This document shows, piece after piece, positions 25,671-33,779 of a DNA stretch of 64,000 bases. Each line of letters opens with the position of its first letter. Positions within the stretch are counted from its first letter, which is position 1. The position numbers and the translations under genes were made by a program. Below the pieces are notes generated by a model that saw nothing but the letters and a program-made list of their open reading frames with translations, searched no databases and was not told the origin of the DNA. Source of the stretch: Bdellovibrionaceae bacterium UBA6502 (GTDB taxonomy: Bacteria; Bdellovibrionota; Bdellovibrionia; Bdellovibrionales; UBA840); NCBI GenBank assembly GCA_002436415.1, contig DJMA01000012.1, positions 90,345-154,344 on the forward strand. The letters run 5' to 3'.

Positions 25671-28076
25671 TTGTTGCGTTTTTCTTCTGAATTTGGATTT
25701 AGTTTCTCTCCCCCTATTTCGTTGTCAGTAGAAGCTTTCAGTGCTAATAAGATAATCATGGCATCCTTTTTAAATCACATCGATTGGCAAGAAATCATAG
25801 GTTTTTTACGCTCTAACACCAATTCAGAGCTTGGAAAAGATCTTCAGAGTAATCTCAAAGAGCTTCCTGATAGAGAAGCTGCGCAAAAAAGTTTTGATGA
25901 AATTTTTGAAGCTTCGCAATTCATTCGCTTCCATGCAGCGCGACCACGCCTCGAAGGAATTGATGATTACTATTTGATTAAATCTAGAATCGAAAAAAAT
26001 GCCAAACTAGATATACCGGAAATTGTGAAACTGAGAAATTTCTTATTTGATCTCTCTAGCCTTCTTCGCCAATTCGCAGACATGGATGGCGTTTGGGTGA
26101 ACGAAAAACTAGAGCAGTTAATGGACCCGAGACCCTCACTGGCTTATATCGAGCAATTGATTAGCCCTGATGGAGAGTTTAGAGTCGATGCCAGTGAACT
26201 TCTCTATAAAGCCTATCATGAGAAAAAATCGCTAAAAGCGAGCATTCATAATTTGTTAGAAAAATTAGTAAAGCAAAATGAACTGGATGGTGTTTTGCAA
26301 GATCGCTTTGTCACCACCCGTGATGGTCGCTGGGTAATCCCTGTAAAGAGTGGTATGCAATCTCGTTTTGAGGGAATCATTCACGATACTAGCGCTTCCA
26401 AGCAAACCGTTTATATGGAACCACAGGAAGTAGTAAAGAATAACAATCGAATTAAAGAATTGGACATTGAAATTCAAAAAGAGATAGACCGTTTACTGCG
26501 ACAGCTATCTGATTACTTTTATGCCGCAAGAGAAGAGCTGCAAGAAAGCTTTGATGAGCTATTAAATTTAGACGTTTTGTTTTCCAAAGCATTCATGGCA
26601 TTAAAAATGAACGCAAAACCAATACAGTTCTCAGAATCAGAAATTGATCTAAGAGACCTAAGCAACCCAGTTCTCGAAATACAAAAAGACTCTGACTTCA
26701 AAGTTGTGAAGAACGATTTAAAAATTAAAAGCGACCGAAAATGCTTAATACTTTCTGGCCCCAATGCCGGTGGTAAAACCATTATGTTAAAATCATTGGG
26801 TCTTAGCGCACAAATGGTACGCTGTGGACTACCGCCTGCTGCCAGAGAAGATTCAAAAATTCCTTTCTTTAAAGACATTTTAATCTCTGTGGGCGATGCT
26901 CAAAATATTACTGAAGGCCTAAGTACCTTTGCCGGACATATGAAAGAACTTACTGAAGCAGCAGAAAAAGCCTCCTCAGAAGTTTTAATTTTAGTGGATG
27001 AAATATGTGGCTCCACAGACCCAGAAGAAGGCTCTGCACTAGCTAAAGCATTTATCAATAACTTTAGCAACAAAGGAGCATTTGCTTTAATCACCTCTCA
27101 CCTTGGTGCTTTGAAACAGAACTGGCAAAAAGAGCAAAAATTAGAATTTGCTTCAATGGAGTTTGATGATGCAAGTGGAAGACCCATTTACAAACTTCTT
27201 ATGGGAATCAGTGGCTCGTCCTATGCCTTGAAAACTGCCGCTAGAGTCGGTGTTCCTCAAAATATTTTAGACAATGCTCTGGAAGAATTGAGCCCTGAAA
27301 CCAAAGAACGTCAAAAGAAATTGGATGAACTGGAACTTTTAAAACAACAACTTACCAAAGCCAATAAGGAACTTGATTTTGAAAGAAAACAGGCCAATGA
27401 ACAAAAACAAAAATACAAAAACTTGATCGATCAATTTCATAGAGAAAGAGATAAAAAACTAGAAAAAAGTATCAAGGATGCTCACAAGAGGATCGATAAA
27501 GAAATCGAAGATCTACGTAACAGTAAAAAGAACGTATTTGATGTAAAAGCAGATCTGCCACAAATTATAAAAAGCAAAAAAGAGACAAGCATCGAAAGCC
27601 CTGAGGAGTTTAATGCTAAGTTTCCACCTGGCAGCGAAATTTACGCGACGAACATTCAAAAAAATGCCATCGTTCAATCTCCAGCAAATGCCAAAGGCGA
27701 CGTGGAAATTTTGGCCAACTCCATGCGCCTTACCATTAACTTTCGTTTTATTAGTAAGAGAGATACTTCCGGTTTTTCAAAGAAGAAACGAAAATCAAAC
27801 TTCGAGCTCCCCACTACAAACACCCATTCACAAGCAAGTAGCACCATTGATCTAAGAGGAAAAATGGTTGAGGAAGCCTTAGAGGCATTGAACGATTATT
27901 GCGACTCTGCTTTATTGAATGGAACGGGAAAAGTAAAAGTGATTCACGGACACGGAACCCAAGCTCTGAAAAAGGCAATTCGATCTCATCTAGCTAGGGC
28001 TCATTATGCTGAAAGTTGGAATGCCGGTGGCGAGTTCGACGGCGGCGACGGCGTTACCTGGATTCACTTTAAGTAG
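25671..28076 (+). CDS. mutS2: endonuclease MutS2
   Basis: Walker A GPNAGGKT, DEICGSTDPEEG and a C-terminal Smr domain (IDLRG...VIHGHGTQALKKAIRSHL). The likely true start is the ATG at 25758 (MASFLNHIDW). Confidence 0.9.
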   Translation: MLRFSSEFGFSFSPPISLSVEAFSANKIIMASFLNHIDWQEIIGFLRSNTNSELGKDLQSNLKELPDREAAQKSFDEIFEASQFIRFHAARPRLEGIDDYYLIKSRIEKNAKLDIPEIVKLRNFLFDLSSLLRQFADMDGVWVNEKLEQLMDPRPSLAYIEQLISPDGEFRVDASELLYKAYHEKKSLKASIHNLLEKLVKQNELDGVLQDRFVTTRDGRWVIPVKSGMQSRFEGIIHDTSASKQTVYMEPQEVVKNNNRIKELDIEIQKEIDRLLRQLSDYFYAAREELQESFDELLNLDVLFSKAFMALKMNAKPIQFSESEIDLRDLSNPVLEIQKDSDFKVVKNDLKIKSDRKCLILSGPNAGGKTIMLKSLGLSAQMVRCGLPPAAREDSKIPFFKDILISVGDAQNITEGLSTFAGHMKELTEAAEKASSEVLILVDEICGSTDPEEGSALAKAFINNFSNKGAFALITSHLGALKQNWQKEQKLEFASMEFDDASGRPIYKLLMGISGSSYALKTAARVGVPQNILDNALEELSPETKERQKKLDELELLKQQLTKANKELDFERKQANEQKQKYKNLIDQFHRERDKKLEKSIKDAHKRIDKEIEDLRNSKKNVFDVKADLPQIIKSKKETSIESPEEFNAKFPPGSEIYATNIQKNAIVQSPANAKGDVEILANSMRLTINFRFISKRDTSGFSKKKRKSNFELPTTNTHSQASSTIDLRGKMVEEALEALNDYCDSALLNGTGKVKVIHGHGTQALKKAIRSHLARAHYAESWNAGGEFDGGDGVTWIHFK

Positions 28077-28085
28077 ACTCTGTTT

Positions 28086-28982
28086 TTAAAATGGACTCTT
28101 CACATACAGAGAGTCCTCTGTATTAGGAACGCAATCTAAATCAAAGTCTTTCGCTACTGCGATATGAAAGGGCGATACTATTTTAGATTCTATGCATGAA
28201 TACACGATCAGCTCTGTGTTTTTACTTCCTAAACTTTCACCGGTTCTAATTTCTTGCCAAAGTACGCGGCTATCACTAGTGCTCACCAGCATTCGACCAA
28301 CGAATTCACTCTCATACTGAGTGTCGCCATAATCACCATTCATAAGGACACGACCGCTTAACTCGATCTCTGCACAAGTTTTCAATCCACACTCAAGAAC
28401 TTTCTTTAAAATGCTTGTCAGCTCTAAACGCAGTGGCACACCACTTTCCGAAAGATTGTACTCCTCTTCGTTTACCCAAGTTTCACCAATAGCCACTTCC
28501 CCCTCAGGAGCAAAGAAAAACGGGATACTATACTCTGAATCATTAGGATGAACTCCTGCAGACAAGACTTTGCCCCTTCCGTCGACCGTATAAAGTATCT
28601 TCTCCCCTAACTCTGGAAAGGCCAAAGATTTCAAATCCACAAAGCCATCTTTTTGCAAAGTACTCAGCTCGTATTGATAAATTTTATTATTAGGATTCAC
28701 AGCCTTAGCTTTTGACCTAAGTAGAAACTCAACGATCTCGGTTTTTTCATTACTAATTTGTGAGTTGATATAAGTTTTCTTCAAAGTGTAGGAACGATAT
28801 TTAATTCTGTCCTCAGCATCTTCTTCCATGGAAAACTGAAAACTAACCTTGTCTTTTGAGGAGTTCTTTATTTTCAAATTGGATTGCTTTGTCTTTGAAA
28901 AGCTAGAGCAAGAAGTTTGTAAAAAACAGAAACATAAAAAGAAAAGGAAATAACTAGATTTCATAAGGTAGCCTCTTAACAA
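28086..28982 (-). CDS. hypothetical lipoprotein
   Basis: Lipobox LQTSC. The likely start is the ATG at 28964 (MKSSYFLFF) with a GAGG RBS. Confidence 0.6.
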   Translation of the reverse strand: MLRGYLMKSSYFLFFLCFCFLQTSCSSFSKTKQSNLKIKNSSKDKVSFQFSMEEDAEDRIKYRSYTLKKTYINSQISNEKTEIVEFLLRSKAKAVNPNNKIYQYELSTLQKDGFVDLKSLAFPELGEKILYTVDGRGKVLSAGVHPNDSEYSIPFFFAPEGEVAIGETWVNEEEYNLSESGVPLRLELTSILKKVLECGLKTCAEIELSGRVLMNGDYGDTQYESEFVGRMLVSTSDSRVLWQEIRTGESLGSKNTELIVYSCIESKIVSPFHIAVAKDFDLDCVPNTEDSLYVKSPF

Positions 28983-29106
28983 GTGTATATAAGATTAACA
29001 GCCATTAAATTTTATAGTTATATCAATTACTTAGCTAGGAAAACTCACATTTTTTTAAAATACGTCTAGATTTCTCCCCCTAGCCTTTACATAGTTTCAT
29101 ACTGAA

Positions 29107-29121
29107 ACAAAGAATGTGCCA
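29107..29121 (-). promoter_or_regulatory. weak sigma-54-like site TGGCAC-ATTCT-TTGT
   Basis: The reverse complement of 29107-29121 has a perfect -24 box, but the -12 element is GT rather than GC. It lies about 140 nt upstream of the ATG at 28964. Confidence 0.25.
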
Positions 29122-29169
29122 CATAAACTATTGATATTACACGATTATTTCAATTTTAAAATCTTCAGC

Positions 29170-29185
29170 TGGCACCCTATTTGCT
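29170..29185 (+). promoter_or_regulatory. sigma-54 promoter TGGCAC-CCTAT-TTGCT
   Basis: Exact consensus. It implies that the real start codon is the ATG at 29210, not 29192. Confidence 0.8.
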
Positions 29186-29191
29186 ACTATA

Positions 29192-29902
29192 ATGGTTAGG
29201 GAGAGAAAAATGAGAAACTTTATCACTTTATTTGGATTAAGCCTATTTTTAGGCGCTTGCGGAGCCTCTACTAGTGGAAACTCAAACACAAGTTTTTCAA
29301 CGGATGCAAAGACAACAATTTGTTCCGTAGCTAAAACTGTACAAGGCACTCAGACTGCTAGGTTGAGAACGGTTGGAAGTTCGCAGTTAGCAAACTATTA
29401 TAGTACGGTTCAACTTCGCCTAGAAAATATGCCGAGTGATTTTATTAACAACGATGGTTATGTTCGTTTTTATGAAATGACTTTTACAAGCAGTGGAATT
29501 CAAGCTCTAGGGAATAGCCCTTTGACTTTCGAAATCGTTAACCCAAGCTATCCTAGCTTTCCTATCGCTTACAACTTAACAGAAATCACCTACGATGAGT
29601 TGTACTCTTATGGGATCAATAATACGGTGATTGTTGTTACTTTAAGTGGCTACTCCTCACACCTCTTAGACATTAACTACTTCACTGAGTCTGGAGCTGA
29701 GGTTTCTCGAAGCTATGGATTAATTCCACCTTACTACGTAGACCCAAATCAATACGAAGCTTCAAAAGCCAATCTCGGGTCTTCCGTAGTTAAAGATGTA
29801 GTACAGTTTCATCCCTTTGATGATTCTAGAAACTTAGAAGAAGAAGACTATCTTGATTTGATGGACAGTCTTTGTCTAAGCGGTGGTCTGCAAAGTATGT
29901 AA
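29192..29902 (+). CDS. hypothetical lipoprotein (probable start 29210)
   Basis: MRNFITLFGLSLFLGACGAS has a canonical lipobox. AGGGAGAG RBS before 29210. Confidence 0.65.
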   Translation: MVRERKMRNFITLFGLSLFLGACGASTSGNSNTSFSTDAKTTICSVAKTVQGTQTARLRTVGSSQLANYYSTVQLRLENMPSDFINNDGYVRFYEMTFTSSGIQALGNSPLTFEIVNPSYPSFPIAYNLTEITYDELYSYGINNTVIVVTLSGYSSHLLDINYFTESGAEVSRSYGLIPPYYVDPNQYEASKANLGSSVVKDVVQFHPFDDSRNLEEEDYLDLMDSLCLSGGLQSM

Positions 29903-29945
29903 AAAAAAAGCGGTAAATCTCTCTACCGCTTTTTTCATCTGATTG

Positions 29946-30941
29946 TTAGTGAGAATCGTCGTCGTCGATACCCGACTCTTCTGCCTGAAGGTTTTCTCCA
30001 TGGCGATAACGATCCACCAAACTACTGTCCCTGGTAGGAAACGAGAATAATAAATAGTGGCTATCGGATTGAGCATCTTCAACGGCAACAGAAATGTAAT
30101 ACAAAATAGCCTCAGCCTCAGAGTAATCTTTAATAAAGTTTACTAAGACATTTCCACTGTAATCCGTAGTACGCCAAATTTCATCTGCCTCTTCAATGGC
30201 CTCACTTCTGTAATCCATATAATCTTGGAATTCATGCGTAGGAATATCATTGTCAGATCTAAGAGTTTGCATAGCCTTAAAAAGCCCAACCGCTAACTCA
30301 TCTCCTTCAGTCAATGCATCAACTTCTTCAATCTCAAGCTCGCCTTTTTCTTTGTCGTAAAAAAGTTGGCCCTTGGTGTAATTGTTTAAAAGCTGAGGAT
30401 CTCTAGTTGGAAAATGTAGAAACACAAAAGTCGGTGTATCTACTGCCAAATAAACTAAAGCAACGTAATGGTAAACTCCCAGCTCAGGGTGCTCAAACTC
30501 CTTCACATATTGCTTAACGGGTACTCCTGGCAAACGATACTCGTCTTCATAAATTTGATCAGGCTCCTGTAATAGCTCCAGAAGCTGCTCTTCATATTCT
30601 TCGTAATCTTTTTGATTGAAGTCTTTGTTGGGACGATAAAACTTTTCGTACTCCACTTCTAATTGGTCAATCTGAGGCCTAAAAAAGTTATAAAGCTCGT
30701 CTTCTGAACCGAAAACTAAGCCTCTTTCTTCATCAATTACTATATCACTATCAAACATATCTTCCTCAAGACCTGGTGTTTTTTTCTTAACTGCTTTTTT
30801 AATTTTGCTTTGTTCCTGGTCAGAAAGCTTTTTCTTCACCTTCTTTTTTACATTTTTTTTACGACTTAAGCTCTCAGCCGCTTTACTTTTAGGCTTAGAC
30901 TTGGATTTAGATGCTTTTTTCTTCGTTTTAGATTTTGCCAA
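29946..30941 (-). CDS. hypothetical protein with a lysine-rich N-terminal tail and a duplicated acidic domain
   Basis: The first ~57 aa are KS/KK-rich. Two homologous modules each end in FPTRD(P/S)xL. Confidence 0.65.
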   Translation of the reverse strand: MAKSKTKKKASKSKSKPKSKAAESLSRKKNVKKKVKKKLSDQEQSKIKKAVKKKTPGLEEDMFDSDIVIDEERGLVFGSEDELYNFFRPQIDQLEVEYEKFYRPNKDFNQKDYEEYEEQLLELLQEPDQIYEDEYRLPGVPVKQYVKEFEHPELGVYHYVALVYLAVDTPTFVFLHFPTRDPQLLNNYTKGQLFYDKEKGELEIEEVDALTEGDELAVGLFKAMQTLRSDNDIPTHEFQDYMDYRSEAIEEADEIWRTTDYSGNVLVNFIKDYSEAEAILYYISVAVEDAQSDSHYLLFSFPTRDSSLVDRYRHGENLQAEESGIDDDDSH

Positions 30942-31031
30942 CCGGAACTCCTCGCAGGAATCCTGATTGTACTTTCTAAAGCATATTCATGGCACGTCTC
31001 AACGCTGTAAGTCACTCGACTATTTCTGTAC

Positions 31032-31472
31032 TTGAAACAAAGCTTTTTTTACAGACACAATAGATATATGAGCAAAATTGCAGGACGCAATTTCAGCTCT
31101 CTAAAACTGAATATACCTAAAGCAAGGAGGCCCCTAATGAACAGGTTAGAAGACATGCAACTTGATGAAAATCGCCTTCTCCAAATGGAGTACCTAGTGG
31201 ATCAATCAAGAATGGGACACCATCTCTTATTCGACAATGCTACTGTCAGTCGAGTCTTTACTGAAGAAAATGAGAATGATGAGGCTATGTTTAAGGTAGA
31301 AAACCTTGCTCGTATCCAAGATCTTCTTGCTGAATTCATGGACAAATCCACCCTTAAAGAAAAACGTCGTTTTCTCGACACCCTTGAGGATGAAGACCAC
31401 GACTTACTGGTTCGTACCTACTTTAACATCATCGAAAACTCAATTCATTCGGTGACACCATTTAAACATTAG
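31032..31472 (+). CDS. hypothetical protein (probable start 31137)
   Basis: A strong AAGGAGG RBS lies 7 nt before the ATG at 31137 (MNRLEDMQ...). Confidence 0.55.
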   Translation: MKQSFFYRHNRYMSKIAGRNFSSLKLNIPKARRPLMNRLEDMQLDENRLLQMEYLVDQSRMGHHLLFDNATVSRVFTEENENDEAMFKVENLARIQDLLAEFMDKSTLKEKRRFLDTLEDEDHDLLVRTYFNIIENSIHSVTPFKH

Positions 31473-31480
31473 AAAATAAC

Positions 31481-31509
31481 AAGGCCTTAGAAATAAGGCC
31501 TTTTTTTTG
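31481..31509 (+). terminator. rho-independent terminator
   Basis: AAGGCCTTA-GAAA-TAAGGCCTT followed by T8. Confidence 0.8.
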
Positions 31510-31576
31510 TTCTCTTCTGAAAACTCCCCGCCCTTGGTCGAGTAAAGGATTCTTTTTCCTAGCCGATAAAGAAAGT

Positions 31577-31873
31577 ATGAAAATCATACTCTCAAGTCTT
31601 TTGTTTTTATTTGCCAGCAATGCATTTGCAGAATATCGAGTCTTTCAACTTCGTTTGTCTCGAGGAGCAGGAGAAGTTCGTGAAGTGCTTTCCACACTTG
31701 ACCCCTACCAATACACGACCTACTACCCGGTAGACCCCGACGTAAGTGTTGAATATATGGATTCTTGGTTATGCCTTGGCGACACTTCAGGTTTTCGTGA
31801 ATATTGCAAAAAACCAAATCGTCAGCCTGCCGCTTTGAATGATAGCCCTGAAACCGCTACACAAGCTCAATAA
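31577..31873 (+). CDS. small secreted hypothetical protein
   Basis: Signal peptide MKIILSSLLFLFASNAFA. Confidence 0.55.
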   Translation: MKIILSSLLFLFASNAFAEYRVFQLRLSRGAGEVREVLSTLDPYQYTTYYPVDPDVSVEYMDSWLCLGDTSGFREYCKKPNRQPAALNDSPETATQAQ

Positions 31874-31961
31874 GCTGTAAAATCTAGCCTTTCTTAGACT
31901 TTCCGTTTCCTCAGTTTTTTCATAAAATAAAGGAAGTGGTTTAAGCTACCAGGAAGGTTAT

Positions 31962-33461
31962 ATGGCTACAGACATCACACCAGGTCGCGCGAAGGAGTTG
32001 CGAGACTTAGGATCAAGTTACGAAAATAGAAAACGCGAGATTGTCGAGCGTGGTGAGCGTACCTTAAAAGATACGCAAGAATATTATCGTAAAAGAGAAA
32101 AAGACCTTCGTAAACATGGCAGCGCTGCCATTAACCACATCAAAAAACAAAACGATGAAAGCATCTCTGAAATAAGAGAACAAGGCAAGGAGCAGGTTCG
32201 CAATCAACATGAACGAGTCGACAAGCTCTATGATCAGCTTTCGAAAGACCAAGAGATACACCAAAAGAAAGTGGCTGAACAATATCGAAGAAACCAAAGC
32301 TCCCTAGAAGAGCAAAGAAAAACCGGTTCACTAAAACTGGAAGAATTGCAAGATCAGTACAAAGACAAAATGCAATCCAACCAAAAGCAATACAATGAGC
32401 AACTCACAAAACTGCAAACCGAAGGCTCCAAACAAGTTGCTGATGAACAAAGAGACCATCGTCAAAAACTAAATCAATTGCAAAACTACAATGAAAATCA
32501 ACTAGAACAAGCCGCCAACCGCCATAACGACTATTTTTTGAAAGTAAAAGATAGTCATAATCAACGCGTAAACAAGATTCATAAAGAGCATGAAAAACAA
32601 GTCGCTGAATTTAACGACGAAAAACTGCGAAACATGAATCAAATGCAACGTAAGTATCGTAAAGAACAACTTCGCCAGAAAGAAGCTAGTGACGCTAAAC
32701 TAGAGAAAATCCGCAAAGACAACAAACATGACGTCGCCAAGGAGATTGAACTTCAAACCAATCGCCAAGAGTCTTTACGTCAAGACTACGACAAAGAAAT
32801 TCGTCGAGTTCACAGAGAAGGCGAAGATAAACTAAGCGACAATGAAAAGAAATACCAAAGCCTTAACACCAAACAAGACAAATACTACCAAGGCGAGCTA
32901 ACTCGCAAAGAAAAGACTCACCATGAGAAAATGAAAGAGTTAGACAAAAACTTCAACTCTCGCAAGGAGTTCGTGAGCAATGAACAAAATCGTGTGATCG
33001 GTGAACTTAGAAAAGAGCACAAAATTAGATATAAAAACGAAAAAGAACTAAACACCCAAGAGCTAAGAACTCTCAATGATGAATATAGAAAAGCAATCAT
33101 TCGTACAAAAATAGAAATGATGGACGAAGTTACAAAATATGATAACAAGGAAAGTGACCCATTCTACAAAACTAAGTTTTTTGAGAATAATCTCACCGAA
33201 ACCCCTAGTCATTATTTATTTCAAGTAGAAATCCCTGAGCACGAAAAAGACAATATCGACGTCAGAGTACAAAATAAAATGATTACTCTTAGCGGGCTAA
33301 GACAACACAAGGAAAGCTTTGAGGCAGAAGGACAAAGATTTCGTTCAAATAGCAATGAAACTTTTTATCAAGAAATCCCTTTAGAAAACACCGTTAAAAC
33401 TAAAGACATAAAAACTTGGTACGAAGATGGGGTTTTCAAAGTCATTGCGCCAAAGGTTTAG
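31962..33461 (+). CDS. Hsp20/alpha-crystallin-domain protein with a ~400-aa charged coiled-coil N-terminal extension
   Basis: The C-terminal ~95 aa (HYLFQVEIPEHEKDNIDVRVQNKMITLSG...FYQEIPLENTVKTKDIKTWYEDGVFKVIAPK) match the ACD pattern. The remainder is K/E/R/Q-rich. Confidence 0.75.
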   Translation: MATDITPGRAKELRDLGSSYENRKREIVERGERTLKDTQEYYRKREKDLRKHGSAAINHIKKQNDESISEIREQGKEQVRNQHERVDKLYDQLSKDQEIHQKKVAEQYRRNQSSLEEQRKTGSLKLEELQDQYKDKMQSNQKQYNEQLTKLQTEGSKQVADEQRDHRQKLNQLQNYNENQLEQAANRHNDYFLKVKDSHNQRVNKIHKEHEKQVAEFNDEKLRNMNQMQRKYRKEQLRQKEASDAKLEKIRKDNKHDVAKEIELQTNRQESLRQDYDKEIRRVHREGEDKLSDNEKKYQSLNTKQDKYYQGELTRKEKTHHEKMKELDKNFNSRKEFVSNEQNRVIGELRKEHKIRYKNEKELNTQELRTLNDEYRKAIIRTKIEMMDEVTKYDNKESDPFYKTKFFENNLTETPSHYLFQVEIPEHEKDNIDVRVQNKMITLSGLRQHKESFEAEGQRFRSNSNETFYQEIPLENTVKTKDIKTWYEDGVFKVIAPKV

Positions 33462-33779
33462 TAAAAAACTTTTTCACTCCCCCCTATTTCATTAAACCTA
33501 AAAAATAGTAAAACCATTGCTCTGTAAAAAATTACGACAAAAACAAAAACATTAATGAAAAAGTAATTTTATTCATTGCGACCAAAATAAATCTCTGAGT
33601 ATTTAGTTTGCCCAAAAATATTTTCTCTCTAAGTTGCCTGTATTCTTTCTCAAAAAGATTTGCATGAAATTCTCAAATTGATTCTCAATTGTTACGTCAA
33701 TGTAATACAAATTTTTGTTCCATCTCCGAAAGTTTAAGTAGTAATTTAAGTTAGCGTTTTACACAAAGGAATTTAGAAT

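Noticed and set aside
26265-27094. Antisense or nested ORFs inside long genes. Examples: 26265-27094 within mutS2, 40738-41304 and 42976-43326 within putA, 61304-61807 within the ABC-F gene, 1908-2126, 8558-8803, 20691-20993 and 51082-51420
   Set aside because: These are shadow ORFs on the opposite strand or in an alternate frame of confidently identified genes. They have no RBS and no recognisable domains.
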